Origin: an uncultured Verrucomicrobiae bacterium
GTDB taxonomy: Bacteria; Verrucomicrobiota; Verrucomicrobiia; Chthoniobacterales; JAFAMB01
DNA length: 64,000 nucleotides
Assembly (NCBI GenBank): GCA_963762565.1
Contig: CAVXLD010000001.1
Location: 544,001 to 608,000 of the forward strand
Direction: 5' to 3'
The translations under genes were made by a program, and so were the position numbers. Under the pieces are notes generated by a model, which saw only the letters and a program-made list of their open reading frames with translations, searched no databases and was not told the origin of the DNA. Positions 1 to 8,769 of the stretch are shown piece by piece. How positions within the stretch are numbered: position 1 is the first letter of the stretch; each line of letters begins with the position of its first letter.

Positions 1-34
1 CCATCGCAAGTCACAGCTCGGAACGACCGCAGGC

Positions 35-1150
35 ATGAGCGACTGGTTATCTGACCTCATTTTTTGGATCGCGTTTGCCGTCATTCTTTTTGCCGTACGC
101 CGGCAACGGATTTTTTGGACACTTGGCGTGCTGGCGTTGCTTCTGCTGTTCGACCAATTTTTCACCCCGGGCTTTTTTCACCTTCAGGTACTGGATGGTC
201 ACCTTTACGGCTCTCGCATTGACGTACTAAACGAGGGGGCAAAAGTGATGCTTTTGTCCATGGGCATGGTGCTGGTCATTGCCACCGGAGGAGTCGATCT
301 CTCGGTTGGCGCAGTGATGGCCATCTCCGCCGCCGTGTCATCGCGGCTGCTTGTTACCCAGCAACTGCCGGCAGGTGTGGCGATCGCAGCTGCGCTGGGT
401 GTCTCGATCCTAGCCGGCGCCTGGAACGGTTTGCTCGTTGCCGGATTCGGCATCCAACCGATTGTGGCAACCCTGGTGTTGATGGTAGCTGGACGCGGTA
501 TCGCACAGCTGATCACAGAAGGTCAGATCATCAATTTCCTGGACCCGACCATGGTGTACTTGGGAAACGGTCATCTATTTGGTTTGCCTTTTACACTGAC
601 GCTCGTGGTGGTGATGTTGTTGCTGACTTATTTTTTGGTGCGGAAGACGGCTTTGGGTCTTTTTATCGAGTCGGTCGGCGACAATGACGAGGCCAGCCGC
701 TACTCCGGCATTAATGCAAAACAGGTGAAGTTCCTGGTCTATACGTTCTCCGGACTTTGTGCGGGGCTCGCCGGACTGGTGGCCTGTTCAAATATTAAAA
801 GCGCCGACGCTAATAATATCGGTCTCTATTTGGAGTTGGACTCGATTTTGGCGGTTGTAGTCGGCGGGACCTCGCTTCAAGGAGGACGTTTCTATCTGGT
901 GGGCGCTGTGATCGGCGGCTTATTTATACAAACGCTGACGACCACGTTCTACGCCAAGAATGTCAGTTCCGATATCGCGCCGGTGCCAAAAGCTTTGGTG
1001 ATTATCGCGGTTTGCCTACTCCAGAGCGAAGCATTTCGGACCCGGTTCGCACGGATCCTTGGCCCCTTTCAGAAATTCTTAAAACCGGTTGGCTCTTGGC
1101 TGCCTCGCCATCAGCCGACGGTTGCGCGGCATGATTCGCCTAAACCCTAA
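35..1150 (+). CDS. ytfT: Sugar ABC transporter permease (RbsC/YtfT-like)
   Basis: Hydrophobic ORF with 'TGGVDLSVGAV', 'IQPIVATL', the EAA loop 'ESVGDNDEASRYSGI' and 'LELDSILAVVVGGTSL'; paired with a YjfF-like gene. Confidence 0.85.
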   Translation: MSDWLSDLIFWIAFAVILFAVRRQRIFWTLGVLALLLLFDQFFTPGFFHLQVLDGHLYGSRIDVLNEGAKVMLLSMGMVLVIATGGVDLSVGAVMAISAAVSSRLLVTQQLPAGVAIAAALGVSILAGAWNGLLVAGFGIQPIVATLVLMVAGRGIAQLITEGQIINFLDPTMVYLGNGHLFGLPFTLTLVVVMLLLTYFLVRKTALGLFIESVGDNDEASRYSGINAKQVKFLVYTFSGLCAGLAGLVACSNIKSADANNIGLYLELDSILAVVVGGTSLQGGRFYLVGAVIGGLFIQTLTTTFYAKNVSSDIAPVPKALVIIAVCLLQSEAFRTRFARILGPFQKFLKPVGSWLPRHQPTVARHDSPKP

Positions 1151-2099
1151 ATACATTCCGCTTCTGGCGACCGCTATCGTCCTGGTGGCCGTGTTTGGCA
1201 CCGGTACGGCGCTATACCCGAATTTTGGAACACCGCGGGTTTTTGTGAATCTCTTGAATGATAACGCTTTTGTTGGCGTCGCGGCGATTGGCGAATCGTT
1301 TGTGATTCTGTCTGGCGGCATCGATCTATCGGTGGGTTCAATGGTGGCGTTTGTCGGGATTCTCATCGCCAAACTGCTTCAGGCCGGCTGTGACCCGTTT
1401 CTGGCTATGGGGATTGCACTCTGCGCCGGTACTCTCTCCGGCGCGATTATGGGTTGTCTAATTTACTTTTTCGAAATGCCCCCGTTTTTGGTGACCCTCG
1501 CCGGCCTGTTTTGTCTGCGCGGCCTCGGTTTCGTCATTTACCCTGAATCGATTGGGATCGATCACCCGTTTTACAGCCAGATGCTGCCGCAGCTTTCTAT
1601 CCTCGTGGCTCCAAAAGCGGTCCTGCCATTTACCGCGATGTGTTTCCTGGCGGCGGTTTTAGCGGGTACTTTTATCGCGAATTTCACCCGCTTTGGACGC
1701 AACGTTTACGCGATCGGATCGAACGAGAACTCGGCTCGGCTGATGGGCTTGCCCATTGGCCAAACCAAAATCTTGACTTACGCGCTTGCTGGATTCTTCT
1801 CCGCGGCTGGAGGCGTAGTGGCAACGTTTTACATGCAGTCCGGTAACCCCGCCTCGTTCGTCGGCCTCGAATTGGACGCGATCGCGTCGGTCGTAATCGG
1901 CGGAACTCTACTTACTGGGGGTGTCGGGTTCATCCCTGGGACTTTGATGGGAGTCCTGATCCTGGGGCTTATCCAAACTTTGATCAACTTCAACGGCACA
2001 TTGAATAGCTGGTGGACAAAGATCGTGATCGGCGTTCTGCTGCTGATTTTCATCGTCCTGCAGAAGCTGATCTCGAGAAGGGCTGTGACGCAGTTGTAG
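1131..2099 (+). CDS. yjfF: Sugar ABC transporter permease YjfF-like
   Basis: 'ILSGGIDLSVGS', 'GRNVYAIGSNE', 'ELDAIASVVIGGTLLTGG', 'LNSWWTKIVIG'; ATG at 1131 overlaps the end of the upstream gene. Confidence 0.85.
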   Translation: MIRLNPKYIPLLATAIVLVAVFGTGTALYPNFGTPRVFVNLLNDNAFVGVAAIGESFVILSGGIDLSVGSMVAFVGILIAKLLQAGCDPFLAMGIALCAGTLSGAIMGCLIYFFEMPPFLVTLAGLFCLRGLGFVIYPESIGIDHPFYSQMLPQLSILVAPKAVLPFTAMCFLAAVLAGTFIANFTRFGRNVYAIGSNENSARLMGLPIGQTKILTYALAGFFSAAGGVVATFYMQSGNPASFVGLELDAIASVVIGGTLLTGGVGFIPGTLMGVLILGLIQTLINFNGTLNSWWTKIVIGVLLLIFIVLQKLISRRAVTQL

Positions 2100-2147
2100 A
2101 CTTTTTCCGGCAATCGGTCGATCAATAGCGGCCTTCCAGGTGCAAGC

Positions 2148-2186
2148 CTCCTGAACTCCTACAACTCCTTGAACTCCTGAACTCCT
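2148..2186. repeat. (GAACTCCT)n tandem micro-repeat, single arm
   Basis: ctcctgaactcctacaactccttgaactcctgaactcct just before ATG 2193; same unit as 37371-37567. Confidence 0.9.
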
Positions 2187-2192
2187 CTCTCT

Positions 2193-2948
2193 ATGAACTA
2201 CCGCATCATCGGAACGACGTTGCCGGTGCTCGAGCTCCAGATGAACCCTGGCGAAAGCGTATTCGCCGTTTCGGGTGAGCTTTCCTGGATGAACAGCGCG
2301 ATCACCATGAATACAACCACTCAATTGGGCGGTGGTGGTGGATTCTTTGGCGCATTGAAACGGATTGCCGGTGGAGGTTCATTATTTATGACCGATTACC
2401 GCGCCGAGGGCGGCGAAGGTCTCTTAGCCTTTGCCACTCGTGTACCAGGTAGCATCCTTTTCCTTGAGATCAGTCCAAGCAATACCTATCTGGTTCATCG
2501 TCACGGTTTTCTATGCGCTACTCACGGCGTCGAACTGAATGTTGCTTTTCAACAAACGCTCGGTGCCGGGATTTTCGGAGGGGACGGTTTTTTGCTCCAG
2601 AAGGTGGCCGGTACCGGTCACGCCTGGATTGAACTAGATGGCGAAGTGGTGACCTACGATCTGCAACCCGGGGAGACTCTACGGGTCCATCCCGGCCATG
2701 TAGGCATGTTCCAGGAATCCGTTGGTTTTCAGATAACCCGGGTGCCTGGCATCAAAAACATGCTGTTCGGCGGAGATGGAATTTTTCTAGCGGCCCTCAC
2801 TGGACCAGGCCGGGTTTGGCTTCAATCCCTGCCTCTATCGAATCTTGCGCATGCTCTTCAACCGTATTTGCCCAGAACAGTGGAACGCGTAGAAGACGCC
2901 GGCGCCGGCGCAGTGATCGGTTCGGTGATACGCGGACTGACGAAGTAG
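2193..2948 (+). CDS. TIGR00266/AIM24 family protein
   Basis: 'GESVFAVSGELSWM', 'GGGSLFMT', 'FGGDGFLLQKVAGTG', 'LTGPGRVWLQSLP'. Confidence 0.9.
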   Translation: MNYRIIGTTLPVLELQMNPGESVFAVSGELSWMNSAITMNTTTQLGGGGGFFGALKRIAGGGSLFMTDYRAEGGEGLLAFATRVPGSILFLEISPSNTYLVHRHGFLCATHGVELNVAFQQTLGAGIFGGDGFLLQKVAGTGHAWIELDGEVVTYDLQPGETLRVHPGHVGMFQESVGFQITRVPGIKNMLFGGDGIFLAALTGPGRVWLQSLPLSNLAHALQPYLPRTVERVEDAGAGAVIGSVIRGLTK

Positions 2949-3268
2949 GCGACGAAGCGAAAGGGCGAGACGGCGATGGGGCGAACCGTCGATGGGACGA
3001 TAGGCCCGGCAGGGCGAAAATCTCGGCGCGCCCTCGACGGATCATTCAGAACACATATGCACGCGCCGGATTTGAGCCGCGCCGTGCGGTCGCTAGCTCG
3101 CTGCTTCGATGATCCTGAGAACGAAGACGTGGTGGGCGTTGCAACGCGCACGCATGGCTCAAATCCTGCGCGTAGCCATCGATAGAAATGGCGCGTCGTG
3201 GGCGCGCCGAGATTTTCGCCCTACCGGTCCTATCGCCCTTTCGCCATTTCGCCCATTCGCCCATTCGC
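2948..3268. repeat. Nested inverted element: (GGCGA..)n arms around a GTAG-type REP doublet (REPIN/BIME-like)
   Basis: Core 3008-3225 GCAGGGCGAAAATCTCGGCGCG..CGCGCCGGATTTGAGCC plus its inverted copy; second copy at about 21071-21298. Confidence 0.9.
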
Positions 3269-3503
3269 AAAGCGCCCGACACTTGGCTATTCGCCCGAAG
3301 CGCGCTATCCTACCTCCGTTAACAACCTCCCGCGTGAACGAATTATGAATGGAATATTAGAAATCACGCGAACCTCGCATCTGTTCGGATAGCCAATCGT
3401 TCTGCCAAAAGTGGACTCTGCAGTTCTTTCCCACGTACAACGCTCCGGGGGCGAGCTGCGCGGTGATTTGGGCTGCCAAGCGAAACCCTAACTTTTGAAC
3501 TAC

Positions 3504-4292
3504 ATGCGAACCATCCCTATTCGGACACTTAAGGTCACGGAAAATACCGCTACCGGCTCCATGGTTGTGATCGGACTCACGATATCGCTGATACCGCTCG
3601 CGCTTCTCATCCTTCTTTTTACGTTACTCTATCCCGGGCTCAATGCCGACTCCCAAATCGCCAAAAATGCAGTTAAGGTCCACCAAGGCAGGGCTCACGG
3701 TGATGTGGTCTCAACGGTTGTGCTCAGTACGGCGAATTTGCCTATTGATTACGGCATCCCCGGTGGCAAGAAGTTCAGCTCCCAACGTTTGGCATTTGTA
3801 TTCGGAGAGTTTCACCACGAGAAACCTCTCCAGGTCTACTATCTGAAAGGTAGTCCGGAGATTGCCACGACAAATTGGGCTATCGATGCACTACCTTTGC
3901 GGTGGGGCACCTTCTGGGCTTTCGCCATGGTATTCGCGTTTGGTGCCCTGCTTGTCTGGGCGCTAACTGCCGTCGCCCTTTACAACGCAAAAAGTCTGCG
4001 CCGCACTGCCTCAAATCCGGTGGCGATCGAAGCCGCTATTTTCTCCGGCAACCAGGTAAAAAATAACCGCTACTGGAATTACACCTGGCAATTACCAAGC
4101 GGTAAGACTCGAAAGAACCAAGTTGCGTGGTCGCTGGAGCGAGAACCTTACTTCACGAATGAGGCAAAAGATCGAGCATTGGCCGTAGTGTGTGGAAACG
4201 GGCTCGCTCATTTGGTGGATGTCAATGGCCGCCCTTTTGATCTCGGTCCGTCTGAGCTTGAAGACATTGTGAATAAGCTGCGCTCCGCGTGA
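3504..4292 (+). CDS. Hypothetical membrane protein (2 TM segments)
   Basis: About 262 aa ORF with two hydrophobic stretches; no family recognised; start uncertain. Confidence 0.65.
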   Translation: MRTIPIRTLKVTENTATGSMVVIGLTISLIPLALLILLFTLLYPGLNADSQIAKNAVKVHQGRAHGDVVSTVVLSTANLPIDYGIPGGKKFSSQRLAFVFGEFHHEKPLQVYYLKGSPEIATTNWAIDALPLRWGTFWAFAMVFAFGALLVWALTAVALYNAKSLRRTASNPVAIEAAIFSGNQVKNNRYWNYTWQLPSGKTRKNQVAWSLEREPYFTNEAKDRALAVVCGNGLAHLVDVNGRPFDLGPSELEDIVNKLRSA

Positions 4293-4297
4293 GTTGA

Positions 4298-4518
4298 TCG
4301 TCCTCGTTCTCGTTCTCGTCGTCGTCCTCGTCCTTGGGTTTTAGCGGTTTGCATTCACTGCACGTTTTCATTTGCCGTGACGCCTCGCCTAAGTCCTAAC
4401 TCGATGGGCGACGAAAGCATGCGGTATGCGCTGGGCGTTGGACATCCCGAAGAAATCGAGGACGAGGACGACGACGAGAACGAGGACGAAGCGCTGTCGC
4501 GAACGGCGAACGGTGAAC
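4298..4518. repeat. Inverted (CTCGTY)n / (RACGAG)n hexamer element followed by GGCGAAC heptamers
   Basis: tcgtcctcgttctcgttctcgtcgtcgtcctcg (from 4298) versus cgaggacgaggacgacgacgagaacgaggacga (4457-4489). Confidence 0.9.
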
Positions 4519-4558
4519 AGTTAGTTTGATTTGTGAGCGATGCAGGCTAAAAGAGGGA

Positions 4559-5431
4559 ATGCCAGAGATTGGACTGATTCAGATGCGCTGTTCGGAGGAT
4601 CCAAGTGAAAACTTGGAGAACGCGATTGCTCTGATCCGAGATGCCGCAGCGCAGGGGGCCCAAATCATTTGCCTGCAAGAACTGTTTAGAACGGTCTACT
4701 TCTGCCAGGAAGAAAACCATAAATATTTTCAATACGCAGAGGCCATCCCGGGCCCAACGACGGAACGGTTGTCAACCTTAGCCAAAGAGTTGCAAGTTGT
4801 TATAGTTGCTTCGCTATTCGAACGGCGAGCCGCCGGTTTATATCATAACACTGCAGCGGTGATCGACGCGGATGGAAGCTTGCTCGGGATCTATCGGAAA
4901 ATGCATATCCCGGACGACCCGCTTTTTTATGAGAAGTTCTATTTTACTCCGGGTGATCTGGGATTCCGTTGCTGGCAAACTAAATACGCCCGTGTCGGTG
5001 TCTTGATCTGTTGGGATCAATGGTACCCAGAGGCAGCACGTTTGACCGCGTTACGCGGTGCTGAGATCATCTTCTATCCTACGGCCATTGGTTGGCATCC
5101 CTCTGAGAAAGCCGAGTTCGGCGAACGTCAACATTCGTCGTGGGAAACCGTCCAACGCGGGCACGCGATTGCAAACGGGTGTTACGTGGCCGTCCCGAAC
5201 CGGGTTGGACACGAGGCTCCGGCCGGCGGTGACGGTTTGGAGTTTTGGGGGCGAAGTTTTATAGCAGACCCGGCCGGGCAGATATTGGCCAGAGCTAACG
5301 GCGAGAAGCCGGAAGTACTCATTGCAAGCATTGACTCAAAAGCGCTGGAAACCCAGCGTGTTCATTGGCCTTTCTTGCGCGACCGCCGAATTGAAGCCTA
5401 CGGCGAACTAACTAAACGATTCATCGACTAA
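4559..5431 (+). CDS. aguB: N-carbamoylputrescine amidase (carbon-nitrogen hydrolase)
   Basis: Catalytic E/K/C motifs 'LQELF', 'YRKMHIPDDP', 'LICWDQWYPE'; adjacent to agmatine deiminase. Confidence 0.9.
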   Translation: MPEIGLIQMRCSEDPSENLENAIALIRDAAAQGAQIICLQELFRTVYFCQEENHKYFQYAEAIPGPTTERLSTLAKELQVVIVASLFERRAAGLYHNTAAVIDADGSLLGIYRKMHIPDDPLFYEKFYFTPGDLGFRCWQTKYARVGVLICWDQWYPEAARLTALRGAEIIFYPTAIGWHPSEKAEFGERQHSSWETVQRGHAIANGCYVAVPNRVGHEAPAGGDGLEFWGRSFIADPAGQILARANGEKPEVLIASIDSKALETQRVHWPFLRDRRIEAYGELTKRFID

Positions 5432-5460
5432 GCCTGCATTTATAAGCAATACAGGCTATG

Positions 5461-5494
5461 GCTGAATCATCCCGACTACGCGGGATGATTCAGC
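5461..5494. other. Perfect 14-bp hairpin between aguB and aguA
   Basis: GCTGAATCATCCCG-actacg-CGGGATGATTCAGC; no clear U-tract. Confidence 0.7.
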
Positions 5495-5524
5495 TTGCTG
5501 GTATAACTAGGGGAACAATTCGAA

Positions 5525-6574
5525 ATGACTGATTTTACTGCTGATTCACCTGCCGCTCTCGGCTACAAGATGCCGCCTGAATGGGCGCCGCACGAAGCGA
5601 CTTGGCTCTCGTGGCCGCGGCGGGACGGGATTAGTTTTCCTCATGCCTATGAAGAGGTAATTCCCGCTTTCGCGCAGATGATCGACGCTTTGCGCGGCTC
5701 CGAGAAAGTCAGGATCAATGTGATGGACGTGGATCATGAGAACGAGGTCCGATTCTTTCTGAAAGAGATCGATATTTCTCATGTCGAGTTCTTCATTATT
5801 CCCACCAATGAACCTTGGTGTCGGGATCATGGGCCGATCTTTGTCAAACGCGAGACCGATCCACCTCTGGCTGTTATCGACTGGAATTATAATGCCTGGG
5901 GCGGCAAATACCCTCCGTTTGATTTGGATGAGGTTGTTCCAACCAGAGTGGCAGAACAATTTAAGCTGCCGGTTTATTATCCCGGGCTTGTACTGGAAGG
6001 TGGATCCATCGATGTCAACGGAGCCGGAGCAGCTCTCTCCACCAAATCCTGTTTACTGAACCCGAACCGGAATCCGAAGCTCTCCCAAGAACAAATCGAA
6101 CAAGCGCTTCGAGATTATCTCGGCATCTCTGAGGTGTTATGGCTGACGGGCGGTATAGAAGGCGATGACACAGATGGTCATATCGACAACCTGACCCGTT
6201 TCGTGGCGCCAGATGTGGTGGTGACAGTGGTAGAAACGAATCAGGAAGATCCTAACTTTGAGCCGCTGCAGACGAACCTCTCGCTCTTAAAGAAGATGCG
6301 TTTATCCGGCGATTCGAAGCTCAACATTGTGCGGCTACCGATGCCCCCACGAATCCAGCGGGAAGACCGCCGGCTGCCCGCAAGTTATGCCAACTTTTAC
6401 ATTGGTAATAGCGTCGTGTTGGTACCCGCTTTCGACGCACCAACTGACAAGAAGGCAGTTTCTACCCTGAAGAAATGTTTTCCTGATCGAAAAATTGTGC
6501 CGATCGATTGCTGCCAGTTGGTCTGGGGGTTAGGAGCGTTTCATTGCCTGACCCAACAGCAACCGGCCATTTGA
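5525..6574 (+). CDS. aguA: Agmatine deiminase
   Basis: 'MPPEWAPH', 'WCRDHGP', 'EGGSIDVNG', 'DDTDGHID', 'ASYANFY', 'GAFHCLTQQQP'. Confidence 0.95.
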   Translation: MTDFTADSPAALGYKMPPEWAPHEATWLSWPRRDGISFPHAYEEVIPAFAQMIDALRGSEKVRINVMDVDHENEVRFFLKEIDISHVEFFIIPTNEPWCRDHGPIFVKRETDPPLAVIDWNYNAWGGKYPPFDLDEVVPTRVAEQFKLPVYYPGLVLEGGSIDVNGAGAALSTKSCLLNPNRNPKLSQEQIEQALRDYLGISEVLWLTGGIEGDDTDGHIDNLTRFVAPDVVVTVVETNQEDPNFEPLQTNLSLLKKMRLSGDSKLNIVRLPMPPRIQREDRRLPASYANFYIGNSVVLVPAFDAPTDKKAVSTLKKCFPDRKIVPIDCCQLVWGLGAFHCLTQQQPAI

Positions 6575-6575
6575 C

Positions 6576-6695
6576 GTATCGGCGTATGGGCGTGTCGGCG
6601 TGTGGGAGAAACGCTGGAGCAGCGACTACGCGCGACGCGAGTGGCCCGGCGGCGTGGTTCGGATGGGACCTATACGACCTATAGGACTTATAGGA
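6576..6695. repeat. (GGCGTRTS)n octamer and (GACCTATAG)n nonamer arms
   Basis: cgtatcggcgtatgggcgtgtcggcgtgtggg immediately after the aguA stop; gggacctatacgacctataggacttatagga; same families at 21950-22185. Confidence 0.8.
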
Positions 6696-6771
6696 GACAG
6701 CAGCGAAATGGGCCGGCTAGATCCGACCATTTTGCTGCCGTAGCCTGCGCCGCGGATCAATGCAGGTGCAT

Positions 6772-7614
6772 TTATCCGCGGCGCAGGCTAAATATTTCGT
6801 CACTGATCGTGCCGGTTCCTACTTTGGTAACCGGTCCAGAGAGGACTATAGAAAAATCGTCTCCAATTCTGATTTTCAGTTCGCCGCCGGGCATTTGTAC
6901 ACGGACATCCGAACCGCAAAGTCCAAGTCGCCGGGCAACGCCGGCCGCAGCGGACGAGCTACTACCGGAAGCCAACGTATAACCGGCACCGCGTTCCCAA
7001 ATCTCGATTTGAATCCTGTCTTTACTCAGCACCTTCACGAACTGAACGTTCGTCCGATTCGGGAACAGGGGGTGCCTCTCTATCTTGGGACCCAGCCGCT
7101 TGGCCAGATCGGGATCAACATCATCTCGCAAAATTACGCAATGGGGATTCCCGACGGTCGCGGCCGAAAATTTAACTCTCTCGCCATCAACCTCCAACGT
7201 TTCTTCAAGTACTTCCCGGCGTTCTCCTAATACCGGAATAACGTCGCTCCAGAAGTTCAACATCCCCATTTCGACCTCAATCTCATCATGAGCATCGCGG
7301 ACGCGACAGCGCACAACTCCCCCCGGAGTTTCCAACAAGAACGGCTCCGACCCGACCGACCCGCGCTCCCACAAGTGCCGGCAAAAGATGCGGATCCCGT
7401 TCCCGCTCTTTTCGGCCTCGGATCCGTCGGGATTAAAGATTCGTAACCCGGCCAATGCCGACTTCGATGGCAAAGGACCAAAGAGAATGCCGTCCGAACC
7501 AATCCCAAAGTTACGATCACAAACGATGCGGATCCGTTCCGGGTTCTGCATCAAGCTCATCTCGTCGATGACAAGGTAGTCGTTACCTAACCCGTGGTAT
7601 TTGCTAAAGCGCAT
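6772..7614 (-). CDS. dapF: Diaminopimelate epimerase
   Basis: 'KYHGLGNDY', 'RNFGIGSDG', 'NPDGSEAEKSGNG', 'VGNPHCV', 'ERGAGYTLASGS'. Confidence 0.9.
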   Translation of the reverse strand: MRFSKYHGLGNDYLVIDEMSLMQNPERIRIVCDRNFGIGSDGILFGPLPSKSALAGLRIFNPDGSEAEKSGNGIRIFCRHLWERGSVGSEPFLLETPGGVVRCRVRDAHDEIEVEMGMLNFWSDVIPVLGERREVLEETLEVDGERVKFSAATVGNPHCVILRDDVDPDLAKRLGPKIERHPLFPNRTNVQFVKVLSKDRIQIEIWERGAGYTLASGSSSSAAAGVARRLGLCGSDVRVQMPGGELKIRIGDDFSIVLSGPVTKVGTGTISDEIFSLRRG

Positions 7615-7662
7615 AGCCTGCATTTGTCAGAAAAGGCCTGCATTTCTGACAAATGCAGGCTA
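7614..7662. repeat. Perfect 20-bp inverted repeat spanning the lptF/G-dapF junction
   Basis: TAGCCTGCATTTGTCAGAAA-9 nt-TTTCTGACAAATGCAGGCTA. Confidence 0.9.
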
Positions 7663-8769
7663 GCGCCGGGCTAGGCGGTAGAACAACACCCCGCCCAAGG
7701 TCAGATAGATAACGTTCGGCAACCAGATCAGAAGCTCCGGATGAAGTTTGGCATTACCTTTAAGGTTGTCGGTCAGCACGATGAAAATAAAATAGGTAAA
7801 AGCAACAACGATACTGATACCCATTCCGATCGAGGTCTCGCGTCGATGCGCGCTGATGGCTAGAGGAATCCCTAACAGGACAAATGTGATAACGGCCATC
7901 GAATTTGCAAACCGCTTACTCAGCTCGGTTTGCAGGATCGTAAGCTGTTTCCCTTGCTTCTGTTCCATGGCTTCCCGCAGATGGCTCAGCGTTAGCTCGG
8001 TTGGCCGTTGGTTGCTATGGGCTTTTGCTATCAACTCTTCAAGTGAAATCGGGAAAACGCCTTCCTCTACGCTGATCCCATAATGCATCTTTTTTAGATC
8101 GTTAACATCGGACTCATCCCGGTCTTCATAACGCGCATCAAAGATCCTGAGCAAAATTCGCCGATTCGCTTTATCCACCTCCATGGTCCCCCGCCTGGCA
8201 TAAATGACGCGGACCGGAACCTGCTGCGCGTTCATTTCATAGATATAAAGGTCCTCCAGGGTGTTACCGTTCTTCCGGCCAACATAGATTTTCCGGTTAG
8301 GAAACGCATCAATCACCTCGTCAGAGCCAAACAACGCCAGCGGTTGGGTTGAGGCCAGGTTAAACGCCAATTCTTTGAACTTCTTTTCGCACTCGGGCGC
8401 TACGTAAAGGTTGATCCAAAGACAAAGCGCCAGGCAGCCCAACGTTATCACAAAGACCGGGACACAGATGCGGAGAATACTGATGCCGTGGGCGCGCAGA
8501 GCCAGGAGTTCGTTTTCGGAAGAGAGCCTGCCAAACACGAGCAATACGGCAAGGAGGGCGCCCCAGGGAATCGAATAAATCATCGAGAAGGGAAGCAGAT
8601 CACCAACAAACGAGAAGATATAACTCCAGGGCAATCCATGGGTCATCAGCAGCTCGAGCAGCTGACGCATGGCGTTAGCGACCACTAACATCAGGCTAAG
8701 CATGCATATCGTCCAGGTCAGCGTAGTGAGGATCTGGTTGCTGACGTATCGATCGATTATCTTAACCAC
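7660..8769 (-). CDS. LptF/LptG family LPS export permease
   Basis: 'KIIDRY', '[19 protein letters not shown]', 'LLGIPLAI', 'WLPNVI'; GTG start overlaps the gcvP stop. Confidence 0.85.
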   Translation of the reverse strand: MVKIIDRYVSNQILTTLTWTICMLSLMLVVANAMRQLLELLMTHGLPWSYIFSFVGDLLPFSMIYSIPWGALLAVLLVFGRLSSENELLALRAHGISILRICVPVFVITLGCLALCLWINLYVAPECEKKFKELAFNLASTQPLALFGSDEVIDAFPNRKIYVGRKNGNTLEDLYIYEMNAQQVPVRVIYARRGTMEVDKANRRILLRIFDARYEDRDESDVNDLKKMHYGISVEEGVFPISLEELIAKAHSNQRPTELTLSHLREAMEQKQGKQLTILQTELSKRFANSMAVITFVLLGIPLAISAHRRETSIGMGISIVVAFTYFIFIVLTDNLKGNAKLHPELLIWLPNVIYLTLGGVLFYRLARR

